Assembly: GCF_036321535.1 (NCBI RefSeq) | Contig: NC_087437.1 | Span: 5,022,001-5,086,000 of the forward strand | Length of the DNA: 64,000 bases | Reading direction: 5' to 3' | Source: Camelus dromedarius | Lineage: Eukaryota | Part shown: one piece after another, positions 50,391 to 61,293 of the stretch | Layout: the number at the start of each line of letters is the position of its first letter | How positions within the stretch are numbered: position 1 is the first letter of the stretch | Notes under the pieces: model-generated | Told to the model about the DNA's origin: nothing | The model's input: only the letters and a program-made list of their open reading frames with translations | Database searches by the model: none | Made by a program: the position numbers and the translations under genes

Positions 50391-51934
50391 GGTCCCCCAC
50401 GCTGTAGAATTAATGGTTTCTGCCCTCAAGGAGTTAATGATGGCTTTATAGAAAAAAAACATACGCAGGGATATTTAGATATTAATGGAAGTTAAGAGAG
50501 GATATAAAGCAATAAAAACATAAGTGACAGCATAGACATTTTAGAGGAGATGGAGACTTCTAGGTTCTAAAGCAGTCCACCGTCATTTTAAGGGGGGCTG
50601 GTGAGAAAGCCTTGCACGTCTCAGCTGGACCCTTTGGGAACATCTTGCTTACTGCAAGGTGTTGTGCCGACATCACCTGCCGGAGCAGATGGGTGTGCTG
50701 AGGGCAAGTTCAGATGAAGTGTCCTCTTCAGGGCTGATGAGCAGGGGCTGGTGAACTTGACCTGGCCCCGGAAAGATAAAGGGACACTGCAGGGATCGAA
50801 GGGACTCAAACACAAATCTGGAAATTGTGAGCAGAGCATCTCCCTGGTTGCTAGAAACAGGAAAGATGGCCACCTACCTATAATTAGCCTGGGCCCCTTT
50901 AGTCACTCAGACACAATACCCAGCTCTAAATTTGCCTTTGGAGAGTCGGGGTCCATCACCCGGGGTTGACTCCATGAACGCTCCTAATCCCGTACGGAGT
51001 TCCCCAGACCATTCAGATCATGAGTTTGGCTTCACAGCAGCAGGATTTTTACCAGGTGGCATGGTTCTTAGAAAATGGGAAGGCAAGACCCAAAGAAGGA
51101 GGGGCAGTGACAGAAAAGAGGCATAGACGGCCAGTGCGGCTGGCCTTCTCTGCCCTTCCGGTGGTCAGGGAGGAAGCGGAGGGAGCAGGCCTCCCTGCCC
51201 TGAGGACCATCGCTGGGGACACTGGTCCTCCTTCATCCCAAGAGCAAGCCCACAGGTGTGTGGTCATGGTGCTTGAAGAGAAGCCTGCGTGCTGCAGCTC
51301 ACAGAGATGGTGAGGTGTATTTAGAACCACAGCTGCTGTCCGGTAACATACGGATTTGTGATTTCGGTGTGGGCCGCGCCCTCTCCATGGGTCTTGTCAC
51401 ATGACTTTCAGAAGGACGGAGGGCTTCCCTGATTGAGCCCTTAGGGTCTGTGGTGCAGTCACACGTCTTTGCAGGTCTTGCTGGGCAGGAAGATGGCTGA
51501 GCCACTGGAGATGGTCTATCCGTGTCACTGGACACAGTGTGCGAGGTCAGACAGGGGCCAGCGCCCTTGTCTGGACACAAAGCCGCCCGAGTCTGTGCTC
51601 GGCGGGAGGCCCTTCACGCTCGGTGGGCTCAGGGGGGAGACTGACACATGCGGGTCACTCTGCGGGGCCCCTTCTCCCTCGCACAGCTAAGTGGGCTTGA
51701 TGCTTCCAGAAGGAAATGACACTGAAAGCACTGAGAGGAGGAGCAGACGTCACCAGCGCTTTCTGGAAAGTACTTTCATCATGGACTCAGGCCAATTATC
51801 TCTCCACCTTAGCTAACCCATTTCTATTTTCCATTTCTTAATAAAAGAGTTTTATTATTTATACATTTATTGAATTCCTACTGTGTGCTGGGACCAGCAG
51901 TAGGTGGGAGATGGCTTAGGCCAGTGGTTCAGTT

Positions 51935-52712
51935 TGGGGGAATTTTGCAAGACAGCGGTTAAACACAGCCATGATCAGGCATTACATTTTGTTAATTTAT
52001 AATTAAACACATTATATTAAAAGCAGGAGGTGAATACTCCAAACTCTCACTTTCTGATTATTTCACTACAGTTTTCTGTTATGTGTGCTCCCAGGTTGTT
52101 TGTGTCTATTGTATCTGTGTGTTGGAAACACCCTGTGACCCCCTGCTACTGTGTCTCTGTTTGGCATGTTGGTGGCTTGGAAATGGCCATGCTGGGAGCA
52201 CTTACACCCCAGAAAGCAGCAAACGCTAAGACTCAGGGCTTGATTCAATGCTGTGTTGAATGTCTAGACTTAAGGAAATGATGGAGAAACATTAATAACA
52301 CAGATTAAACTTTCAGATGGGTCCTGTTTGTGGCTGTTGTGTTACCAAGTGCACAAAAGCTTCCGAACCTCCTCCTCCAACATCTGAGACTATGACCCGA
52401 TTCAGCAAAGGAGTGGCTCATGTCACGGACTAATGGGTGAAGTCCTCACCTCACTTTTATCTTCCTCATTAACCTAAACAAAGTATCAACAGCAGTCCTG
52501 ACAGTTACAACCGTAGGTTGAGTATGGATACAGTGGTTCAGCAAGAATCACTGAAAGCACTTGGCGAGAATGAGACTGTAAGATCTACCGTAATGAATGT
52601 TGTGTATTTTATTCTCACTTGTGAATTGTGTGCTACGTAACTTTCCTATCAGGAAAACTGACAATAAGTTTATATGCCTACAACACGTCTTCTTTTTGAG
52701 AGCCAGTTGTAG
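51935..52712. mobile_element. Long MER63-like (hAT-Blackjack) element
   Basis: gaattttgcaagacagcggttaaacacagccat is homologous to the 21965 and 57205 copies, with extra internal sequence; ends gagagccagttgt. Confidence 0.75.
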
Positions 52713-54394
52713 TTATGAGCTATTATTTCCTCTGCTATGAGTAAACTTCTCTCTTTATCTCATGCTCCAAGACCCAGTTCAGAGGCTGGGCTAGCCCTTC
52801 CCTGGGGTGCTTTGTTGAAGGACTTATTCATGGTGCATCAGAGTTCTGGGCTGGTCACTCTACCTTCTAGAGCAAATGCAACTGAAAGGCAGGGACTTTG
52901 AATTATTCAGCTCTGACCCTCTGGGGCTCAGCTCAGAGCTCAGTCCAGAGGAGGTGCCCCAAAGTTGTTGGTTGAAAGAAACAGCAAGAGCCTTGGGGCC
53001 AAGGTGAGAAGGAAAAAAGGAGGTAATGTGTGTAGACAAGGGACAATGGAAAATCCTAGGGACTGCCTTTGAAAATTCAAGTCTCTTTAGGGTTCCCTGA
53101 GGTCTGTCTAAACCATAGCAAGCTTTGATTGACCAACCACAACCAAGAAGAACCCTTGATGAATTGGGTTTGTCTGATTACGTGTTTAGGGGAATAAGAT
53201 GAGTCACAAGGCAGTCAGCTCCTTGCAGTGGTTTGATGTGTGTTCTGGGTGCATTCAGCTCAGATCCTGCCAGTTTTTTTTATTGCATTCATTGCATGCT
53301 TCCTTGAACGTGGCAGGCACTGGATTTCCATGAGTCGCATTAAGAAAAGTCACAAAAGCCCAGGAGAACTTACTCTCCTCCCACCCCATGTGTCCTGATG
53401 CACGTTTGGTTGCAAGCTCCCCCTCTCACTCTTTTGAAAGGGACCAGGAGGCCAGAGATCATAGTTGAGAGTTATGTTGGGTCTTTAAAAAGCAGCCCTA
53501 TTGACCAACTGGCTGAGTTTCCTGTTCAGAGAGTGCACAAGCCCTCAGTTCCCCAAAATACACATCTAGCCAGGATCAGATTTCTCCCCACTGGCCGGCC
53601 ACTCCTCTTGGGGAGCAGTTGCCAGCAAACTTGGAAGGAAACAAACAGTCTCCCTCCCTCATCACCTCCATCTCATTTGTCATAATCCCCGGGAAAGGTC
53701 AGCCGGGACCGGTCCAGCCTCCAGCCGTTATCCAGTGCAGGGCAGGTATCAAAGAGAAGCAGAAAAGTCACTTACATCCCTCCCATCATTTCTCCCAGTT
53801 CTTACGTGCCATTTACCCAGCAGAGCCCACAACAGGCAGATGGCACTCGTTTCTCCCCAGACAGATTAATGCTGTGGACTCCCTACATCTCCCCCTGCCC
53901 CCTGTAAGTCTATCCTCAATTCAGAGGCCAGAGGAGTCCCGTTCAACGGCACATCAGAATATGTCATTTCCTTGTTCAGGACCCTCCAGTGGCTCCCACG
54001 TCATTCAGAGGTGAAGCCAAACTTTACAGTGACTGAAGGGTCTGCATGACAGACCTTTGACCCCCCAGTCCCTAATGTATCTCAGCTAGTAATCTCTCCT
54101 TCCCTCTCCCCATCAGCCACTGTCCTTTCCCTGTTCCTCCAACCACCCAGGCATACTCCCACCTCGGGACCTTTGCCCTCATTTCCCGTCTGCCTGGAAC
54201 CCTCTTCCCGCCTGACACCCACAAGCGCACACTCCCTCCCCACTTCCGGTCTGTGTAAGCGTCACTTACTCAATGAGGTCGGCCCTAACAGATGTGGTAC
54301 CATTTAGTCCTGCAAAACGCCCCTTTCCCCTGACTCACCATCCCTCCTCACCAAGTCCTATTTTGCAGGTGGAAGTTATCACCTTCTATCACAC

Positions 54395-54472
54395 TGTTAC
54401 CGAGTCCAAGCTCGTACTGCTCACCCCCTGACAGGCCAGTAAGTCCAGAGATGAGTTGCTGGGGCAAGGAAT
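54395..54472 (-). mobile_element. Terminal fragment of the LTR family seen at 59623-60140, joined to an LTR16-like fragment (about 54480-54708)
   Basis: tgttaccgagtccaagctcgtactgctca...ggggcaaggaata is a diverged reverse complement of about 60063-60140. Confidence 0.8.
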
Positions 54473-55844
54473 AGAGGCAGGAAGCCCTGAACTCTGCCCC
54501 TACTTGGAACAACTGTATAGGACCATCTCAGCCTCAGAAAGTCCCCTGGGTTGAGCTGACGCTTTCATTGTGACTTCATCACAGCCCAATTTTTGCCTCT
54601 GCCCAATTCTGCTCCCTTCCGTAGGTTTGCCCCAAGGGCCTTTCCTGATAAACCTTCGGCGTGGTTAGCTCCACGTCAGAGTCCGCCTCCCGGTGAGCCC
54701 AACGGACAACTCTGGCTTTTGCCTCCTGTGTGGGGAGTATTTAATTGATCACGTCTCTCATCTTCCCTACAACCATTGCCTCCCTATTACTTTGACACTT
54801 TCTTCCAAGCTGCTGACAGCCATCGTTCTGCAAGTTTTGACTAAGGGCTTTGGGTCTTCACATATAAACAGGCAATGACACGCCTGTGTCATGACTGTAA
54901 ACCAGCTGGCTGAGAGTGATGTCAGAGGCATTGATGGTGACTCACATCCCCGCCCCAGAGACATTAAATGCGAAGAACACCTGTCTCTCTCAAGGTTGTC
55001 TTTTGCAGTCCTCTGGGTTTCTTTTGGGTTTCAAAGGCTCACGTGACCTCACAGCCTTGGGGAGGTGAGACAAGACTGGCCTTTACTGCACAGCCCTGTC
55101 CTGGCCTTTGGTGGTGGCCTCCTTCCTTGGTGACCAAGGGTCATAGCTAGCCTGGTTTTTTGGCCTGACCTGAGCCCAAGGGTTCCCAGGAGGTCTGGCT
55201 GTGACTTTGGAGCATCCCTCGCCCTGGTGAGCTCTCCTGCCAGCCCCCTTCCCTGTCATCAGAGCCCCACCGGTGCCCTTGCTTGGTCTAGGTCAGCCCT
55301 GCCGCCATCTCTAGCCCATGGTGGTCATCTCACGTCAGCAGAGAACACTGGAAGCCTCCTTCCTCCTAGGGCTCCAGGGGACTCACCTGTTACCTCATGT
55401 TCTTACCCCCTCCACCCCTCTGCCTTCCTACCTTATGCACTTATCTCTCTGAGTAGAGGAAACTGGTTTTCTCTCAGCTCTTGTTTCTTCTCAAGTCTGG
55501 GAGCCACAGTGTGAGTGTCTAGGCAGCTAGTCCTCCCAGCTGGGTTCTTGATATTTCGGGCCGAGTTGCTGGAATTCTGAGCAAACTAGCTTCCTTCCTT
55601 CTCCTGCGCTTCCTCCTTGTCCTCCTCCTCCCTCTTCTAAGAGCTCAACAAAACCTGGCCCTTGCAATAAAAAAAAAAAACAGTTTTCTGGGAGTTAAAA
55701 ATTCCACCCGGCGATTCAGCTGGCTTACATGAAGCAGGTTGCAGCAAAATATTTTCCCAACTACAGATGTATGTCCCACTCTGTTCCCCGCAGAGAATCC
55801 ATCCTCTGTTCCAAGCCCATGGCACATTTGCTTACAGCCATCCA

Positions 55845-57030
55845 CTATTAGGCCACAAGAAAAAAAAACTTTAACATATTCCAAGGAGGAGAAATCACGT
55901 AGGCCACAATCTTGGACCAAAATGCAGAGAAACTAAATGTTAGCGCCAAACCCTCAAAAAAAGAAGGAAAAAGAAAACACACTCCTACATAACTTTTGGA
56001 TCAAAGAGAAATCAAAAGTGCAATTACAGGTTATTTGGCAAACAGCAATAACTAGGACATTACATAAGTGAGAAGGTCAAGTTTCACCCACAGAACAGTG
56101 ACGAACTTTGAAGGCTTTTATAACTAAACAAGAAAAAAGAATATAAATAAACGGTTCAACTGGAAGTTAAAAAGCGAGCCAAGAAAATATGACTAAGAAA
56201 AGTAGGAAGAGGATGTGACAGGGATGAAAACGGAATAGTTTTTAGAAAAGAGAGAAGCCGTACGTGTGCTGAGTAAATCGGAGACGTTTGTTTAAAACAC
56301 AAGACAAAGAGAGAAACTGTTTGCAAAGCTGATCAAGAGGAAAAAAGAAGAAAAAAACAGTGTAGCATGAAGAAAGGAATAGAAGCACAGATACAGGACA
56401 GGTTTATGGGTTTTATGTGTAGATTATTATGCTGAACTCAGCTCAAAGCTGTAAAATCTAGGCAAAATGAGTAAATTTCTAATAACACATAAAAGATCAA
56501 AATATATCAAGGATGAAGAAAACATAAATATGTCCACGGCCATAGAAGACGTCTTAAAATTTGTCAAAGTGCTCCCAGAATGTGCCTAGGTTTTATAAGC
56601 TAATTGCTCTGGTATACATTGTTTAAAAGCCAAAGGCATTTTTCAATAAAAACTCTGCTTACATAATCTATAAAAAAGCAATAGCTATTGTATATACTAT
56701 CAATGGTTGTTATATGTAACACCCATAAGCAACTTGGAAACATCAGGGAAAAAATACGTTCTATTAACCATGGCAACCAGAACTGTGTATTACCAAGTAG
56801 CACACTTAAAAAGGACCAATAGGAGGAAAACTTCAAAACTTTATGGAGAGAGACAAAGAGAATACTTGAATAAATGGGGAGATATGCTCTCTTGTAGCTT
56901 AGAGGTCAGTATTGAAAAGATGCCAATCTATAAACCAGTCTATAAATATAATGTAAATTTTAAACAGATTATTAACATTATTTTAAACAGATTATTAACA
57001 TTATTAACATTATTGTCAGAAACTGGCCAA
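55845..57030 (+). mobile_element. Highly decayed old L1 ORF2 remnant
   Basis: A-rich sequence with traces of L1 motifs (taggccacaaga, tggatcaaagagaaatcaaaa, cttgaataaatggggagatatgc). Confidence 0.65.
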
Positions 57031-57204
57031 ATTATTCTTTTAAGAGAAATATTTAATTTCAACAGCCCATTATATTAAAAAATCAGAAATGTGTCATATG
57101 AAATATTCAGCAGAAAATACCATTAATAGTTTGGAACATACACAAGCGCACATACACACAGACGCACGCAGGCAGGACACTGCTCCTTTAGCACAAACAG
57201 GCCA

Positions 57205-57765
57205 AAGCAGCGTGAGGAACAGGTTTATAATGGATCATGAGAGCCTACGATTAAATTTTCAGGAATTTTGTGAGCTGGTTGATAAGCACAACCATTATTA
57301 AATATCAAATTACAAAAAAAATATGTACGTATATGTATAACTGAATCATTTGGCTCTACACGTGAAAGTAATACTGTAAATCAACTACACTTCAATAAAA
57401 AAAATTTAGTATATGTGCTGCCCAAGTGAGCACTAAAAATTTTTTTAAAAAATCAAATTACATACACTTATAATTAAACAGATTATTTTGGAAACAAAGG
57501 TAATACATACTTAAATATATCCATCCCTTCCAAATCATTTCACTACATTTTGCTATTACATGTGCTCTGGAGGTCACTTAAATCTCGTATATCTGGGTGA
57601 TGAACATGTTATGTGGTGGTCCCCGGCTGTGCACCTCTCCCCAGATCTGCAATCAGTGACGTCGTGTTGGTAGCTTGAAACTGACCGAGGTGAGGATGTT
57701 TAACCCCAGGGTCTTTTCTTCTTTTCAGATTGATGGTTGTTAAACATTTAACAGGGCACCACTAG
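57205..57765. mobile_element. MER63-like element with a nested L1 tail (57315-57401, +)
   Basis: ttaaattttcaggaattttgtgagctggtt...ggttgttaaacatttaacagggcaccact; L1 TSD atcaaattaca at 57304-57314 and 57452-57462. Confidence 0.8.
57402..57433 (-). pseudogene. 3'-truncated U6 snRNA retrocopy (first ~32 nt)
   Basis: Minus strand GTGCTCACTTGGGCAGCACATATACTAAATTT versus U6 5' end GTGCTCGCTTCGGCAGCACATATACTAAAATT (3 differences). Confidence 0.9.
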
Positions 57766-57879
57766 GTTAAAATGACTCCAGCAGAAGCGAGTATGTTTCA
57801 TCTGTAGTCCTCAACGGAGGCTTTTTGTTTTATATGTGTGTGTATGTGTACCACTCCCCACCTAGAAGTAACTGGGGAT

Positions 57880-58700
57880 GAGGAACACAGCTTGTCCCAC
57901 GATCCATACCAGGTGAAGTGAAGCGAGTTTCCTGGTGGCAAAGTATTTAAACGGCTTACCAACCCTAAACATGCTATAAATTTTTCTTTTATAAACAGAC
58001 ACTGCTCTAAATCTGCTGACCTTTTCCACTATGAAAGTGGTGTCAGTAAAATGCACCTGAAAGATATTTGGGAAAAATAAATACACTTGTCCTTTGGCAA
58101 AGGTTATGTCATAACAAAGTGTGAGAGAGTAACAGCTTTTCAAAATAAACTCACGCTTTGGAGAGCATGAGTTTATACTGAAAACCGATAGTGGAAATTT
58201 CTCCGGAGTTGTGTGATTTTGAGGCTGAAGTTATGTAAGTGGGCCACCTATAAAAACTCATGTATCTGCTTACTTTCAAAACTTGGAAATGGGATAGTCT
58301 AACCTCATACACACAGCTTCTAAAATAAACTAAGTGATGAACAATATGAAAAGGTGAAACCTTCCAATTATTTGGCAACAGCAACTGAAGGACTTCAGGA
58401 AAAATGGAAACTGTCAGCTGAATTTCAGTGAATACCTTTTTGCATAATTGGTGGAGGAGACTGGAAAATGAACATCACTATATATTAGGCGTAGTCCATA
58501 AAGCGCTTGTTCCATTTGGTATCTGTGCATGTCTGGAGGGACGTTCCTTTTCAGTTATTTCAAAACCAAGTACTGGAATATTTTGAATTTGGAACAAGAA
58601 CTTCGAATGGCTACATTACAAAGTATTAAACCAAGACGACAAAAAAACAAGCATGTTTTACCTTTGCAAAAACAAATTTTTTAGTGAGAGCAAAAATATG
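57880..58700 (+). mobile_element. hAT-Charlie/Buster transposase fossil, C-terminal part
   Basis: Manual translation gives GYVITKCERVTAFQNKLTLWR, HNWWRRLENEH, ALVPFG and KTKYWNILNLEQELRMATLQSIKPR (58562-58636), resembling the hAT C-terminal dimerisation domain; frameshifted. Confidence 0.8.
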
Positions 58701-59000
58701 CAGTGTCCTAATAATTTAAATGACAATGTTTTTAGAAGGTTGTTTATTTAATATTTGTATTTTCCTTTAAAAATCCCCAAGGGTGGTACTCAGACAAGCA
58801 TCAGCATGACCTGGGACTCTCCAGCCCCGCCCTCAGCCCTGCCTCACCACTTCCAGTTCTGCAGAGGAACCGCCTACATCTACAAATTTTGGTAGAAGGA
58901 TGATCACAGAATGACAAAGCTCCTTTGTCTTAGGTAGGTGGGTGGGTGAGAGGTTGGTCTCCTCTTCAACTTGGAGATTTTGAAGATGAGAATAATTCTT

Positions 59001-59338
59001 TCTTTTTAATTTAAGTATAGTCAGTTACAATGTGTCAGTGTTCATAGCAGTACTATATACAATAGCCAAGACATGGAAACAACCTAAATGTCCATCGGCA
59101 GATGACTGGATAAAGAAGTTGTGGTATTAGTGTACAATGGAATATTATTCAGTGATAAAAAAAAAGAATGAAATAATGCCATCTGCAGCAACATGGATGG
59201 ACTTGGAGGTTGTCATTCTAAGTGAAGTAAGCCAGAAAGAGAAAGAAAAATACCATATGATATCTCTTATATGTGGAATCTAAAAGAAAAAGGGGGGGGG
59301 GGACACTAATTAACTCATCTACAAAATAGAAGAAGACT
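59001..59338 (-). mobile_element. 5'-inverted (twin-primed) L1 insertion
   Basis: TSD agaataattctt at 58989-59000 and 59339-59350; antisense L1 tail at 59001-59039 joined to a sense ORF2-end segment at 59036-59338. Confidence 0.88.
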
Positions 59339-59622
59339 AGAATAATTCTTGACATTTTGAAGTAATATCAAAACAGGCTTTCTGAGAGTGGACAGAGCCC
59401 CTATTTGGTGTAAATCCCACCCTCAATTCTATTGTAGCACCAAATCCTAAAGGCATATAATAATACAAGCTAATATAACATGTACTGTATGTCAAGTATT
59501 GTCCTAAATTCTCCTCTTGGATTAATTCATTTAATTGTCTTCCAGCCCTACAACGTGGGTCTGCTATTCTCCTCAGGTTACAGATCAGGTGCTTAGGTAC
59601 GGATTGGTTATTTGCTCAAGGC

Positions 59623-60140
59623 TGTAGAAGGGAAGAAAACCTGACTCCATGTTAGATCTGTTCCTTTGGCTGTCACCCTGCACTCTGTTTCCTGTGCTCA
59701 GTCATGCTGGTTCTGCACCTTTTGTAAAAGAATGTTCCCTGTAGCCTCAAATACACAGGAGAGCCCATTCTCAAGGCTCTGACCTTTAAGGGTCGAACAC
59801 TTTCCCATTCATATAAAGATAAAAAGCTGCAGAATAGAAAATAGCATTTGCCTTGTTGGAGGTTTACAGGGACATCGTGACCTGACCCACGTGGACGGCT
59901 GCAAGAACAAAGGATTCTGACACCAAGAAGTTTGCAACAATCAACCACACCTCCTCCCCTTCTTAGTAAAAAAGAAGCCTGAATTCTGACTTGGGGAAAG
60001 TGGTTCTCCAGGACATTCATCTGCCACCTTCTCGGTCTGCTGGCTTTCCAAATAAAGCTGTTATTCCTTGTCCCAACACCTCATCTCCCAATGTGTTGTC
60101 CTGTCGTGTGCTGAGCAGAACAAGTTTGGACTCAGTAACA
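59623..60140 (+). mobile_element. ERV1-class solo LTR (MER41-like, cetartiodactyl), inserted in a MIR
   Basis: TG...CA termini, aataaa at about 60050, ctgactccatgttag start motif, 4-bp near-TSD aggc/aggt; MIR continues on both sides. Confidence 0.85.
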
Positions 60141-60823
60141 AGGTCGCACTGCTAATAAGCAGCAGGGCCAGGACTTGCACCTAGTCAGTTTGATGCCAGA
60201 TCCCATGCTCTGAATTCTTACACTGCATTGTTTGGGTATAAAATGTACACATGAATAAATACCCATCTATTGGCGATTCATAGTCAAATATTTTCATTGA
60301 TAGGGAACAGGACAAAAAAAGTTTCAACACTAATAGCCTAGGGGTTATGAGTTCAAATGTCAGTGTGACATGAAAAACTTTCCATCATCTGGCCCCAGCC
60401 AATCTCTCAGACCCATCTCTTGCTCCCCCGTTGCAACCTGTGCTCTGAATTCCGCCATCTTGAACTAGATCCTGGCTGCTCCCTGAATTCCTAATGCCAC
60501 CTTCCGTCTCCTACTTGGCCTTTGGAACTTGGCTCCGTCCCTGCCTTCCCTTCCCGTCTGCTCTTTCCCCTACGAAGCCCGCCCAGGTATCTTTTGTACT
60601 CTCAGCATTTTGTCTACGACACTTGGCCCGTGATTTTGTAATCACCTAGTCACTTGTTTGTCTACCACCTATGAGGCGGTGCCCTGTTTTGTTCATTTCT
60701 GAACGCCCAGCACTTAGTGCGGAGCCTGGCCCGCCCGCGGTGCTGAAGGTGTGAATGCACGATTGATGAAACAGAGATCAACCGCTGCCCTAGGAGGTGC
60801 TCTCCGACCTGTGATTTGTGTAA

Positions 60824-60842
60824 CGGCCACCAGGGGGGGCAG
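60824..60842 (+). promoter_or_regulatory. CTCF-like motif
   Basis: cggccaccagggggggcag differs from the core CCACCAGGGGGCGC at one position. Confidence 0.45.
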
Positions 60843-61119
60843 ACGAACAGGGTCCAGTAACAGCACCCTCTAGCAGAATTCAGGCTGGGAATTTAAAAGA
60901 TCTATTATAGGACTGAAAGGGAAGTTAGGCACGTAGGCCATTCCTCTGTTTTAGACAAACCCTTCCTGGTAAGCACAGTGACAACGTTTGTGCTTTATTT
61001 TAATTTTTTGAACCTAGATGGTCCTCCAATCAGAAAACTTGGATTCTTGTTCCAACTCTAACTTTGATTTAGCTTGTTGGACTTCAGACAAGACCTTGGG
61101 GTTTTGGAGCCTTAATTTC

Positions 61120-61293
61120 TTTCTTGTTTTTAAATCATCTTTTTTTTTTTTCAATTCTATTTATTAATTTTTTTAGGAGGGAGGAAATTAGGTTTATTTA
61201 TTTTAATTTTTTTAAATGGAGTTACTGGAGATTGAACCCAGGACCTCATGCATGCTAAGCATACACTCTACCACTGAGATATACCCTCCCCCT
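61120..61293 (-). mobile_element. Vic-1-like SINE inserted in a MIR
   Basis: TSD agccttaatttc / agccttagtttc; A- and B-box-like motifs present. Confidence 0.9.
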
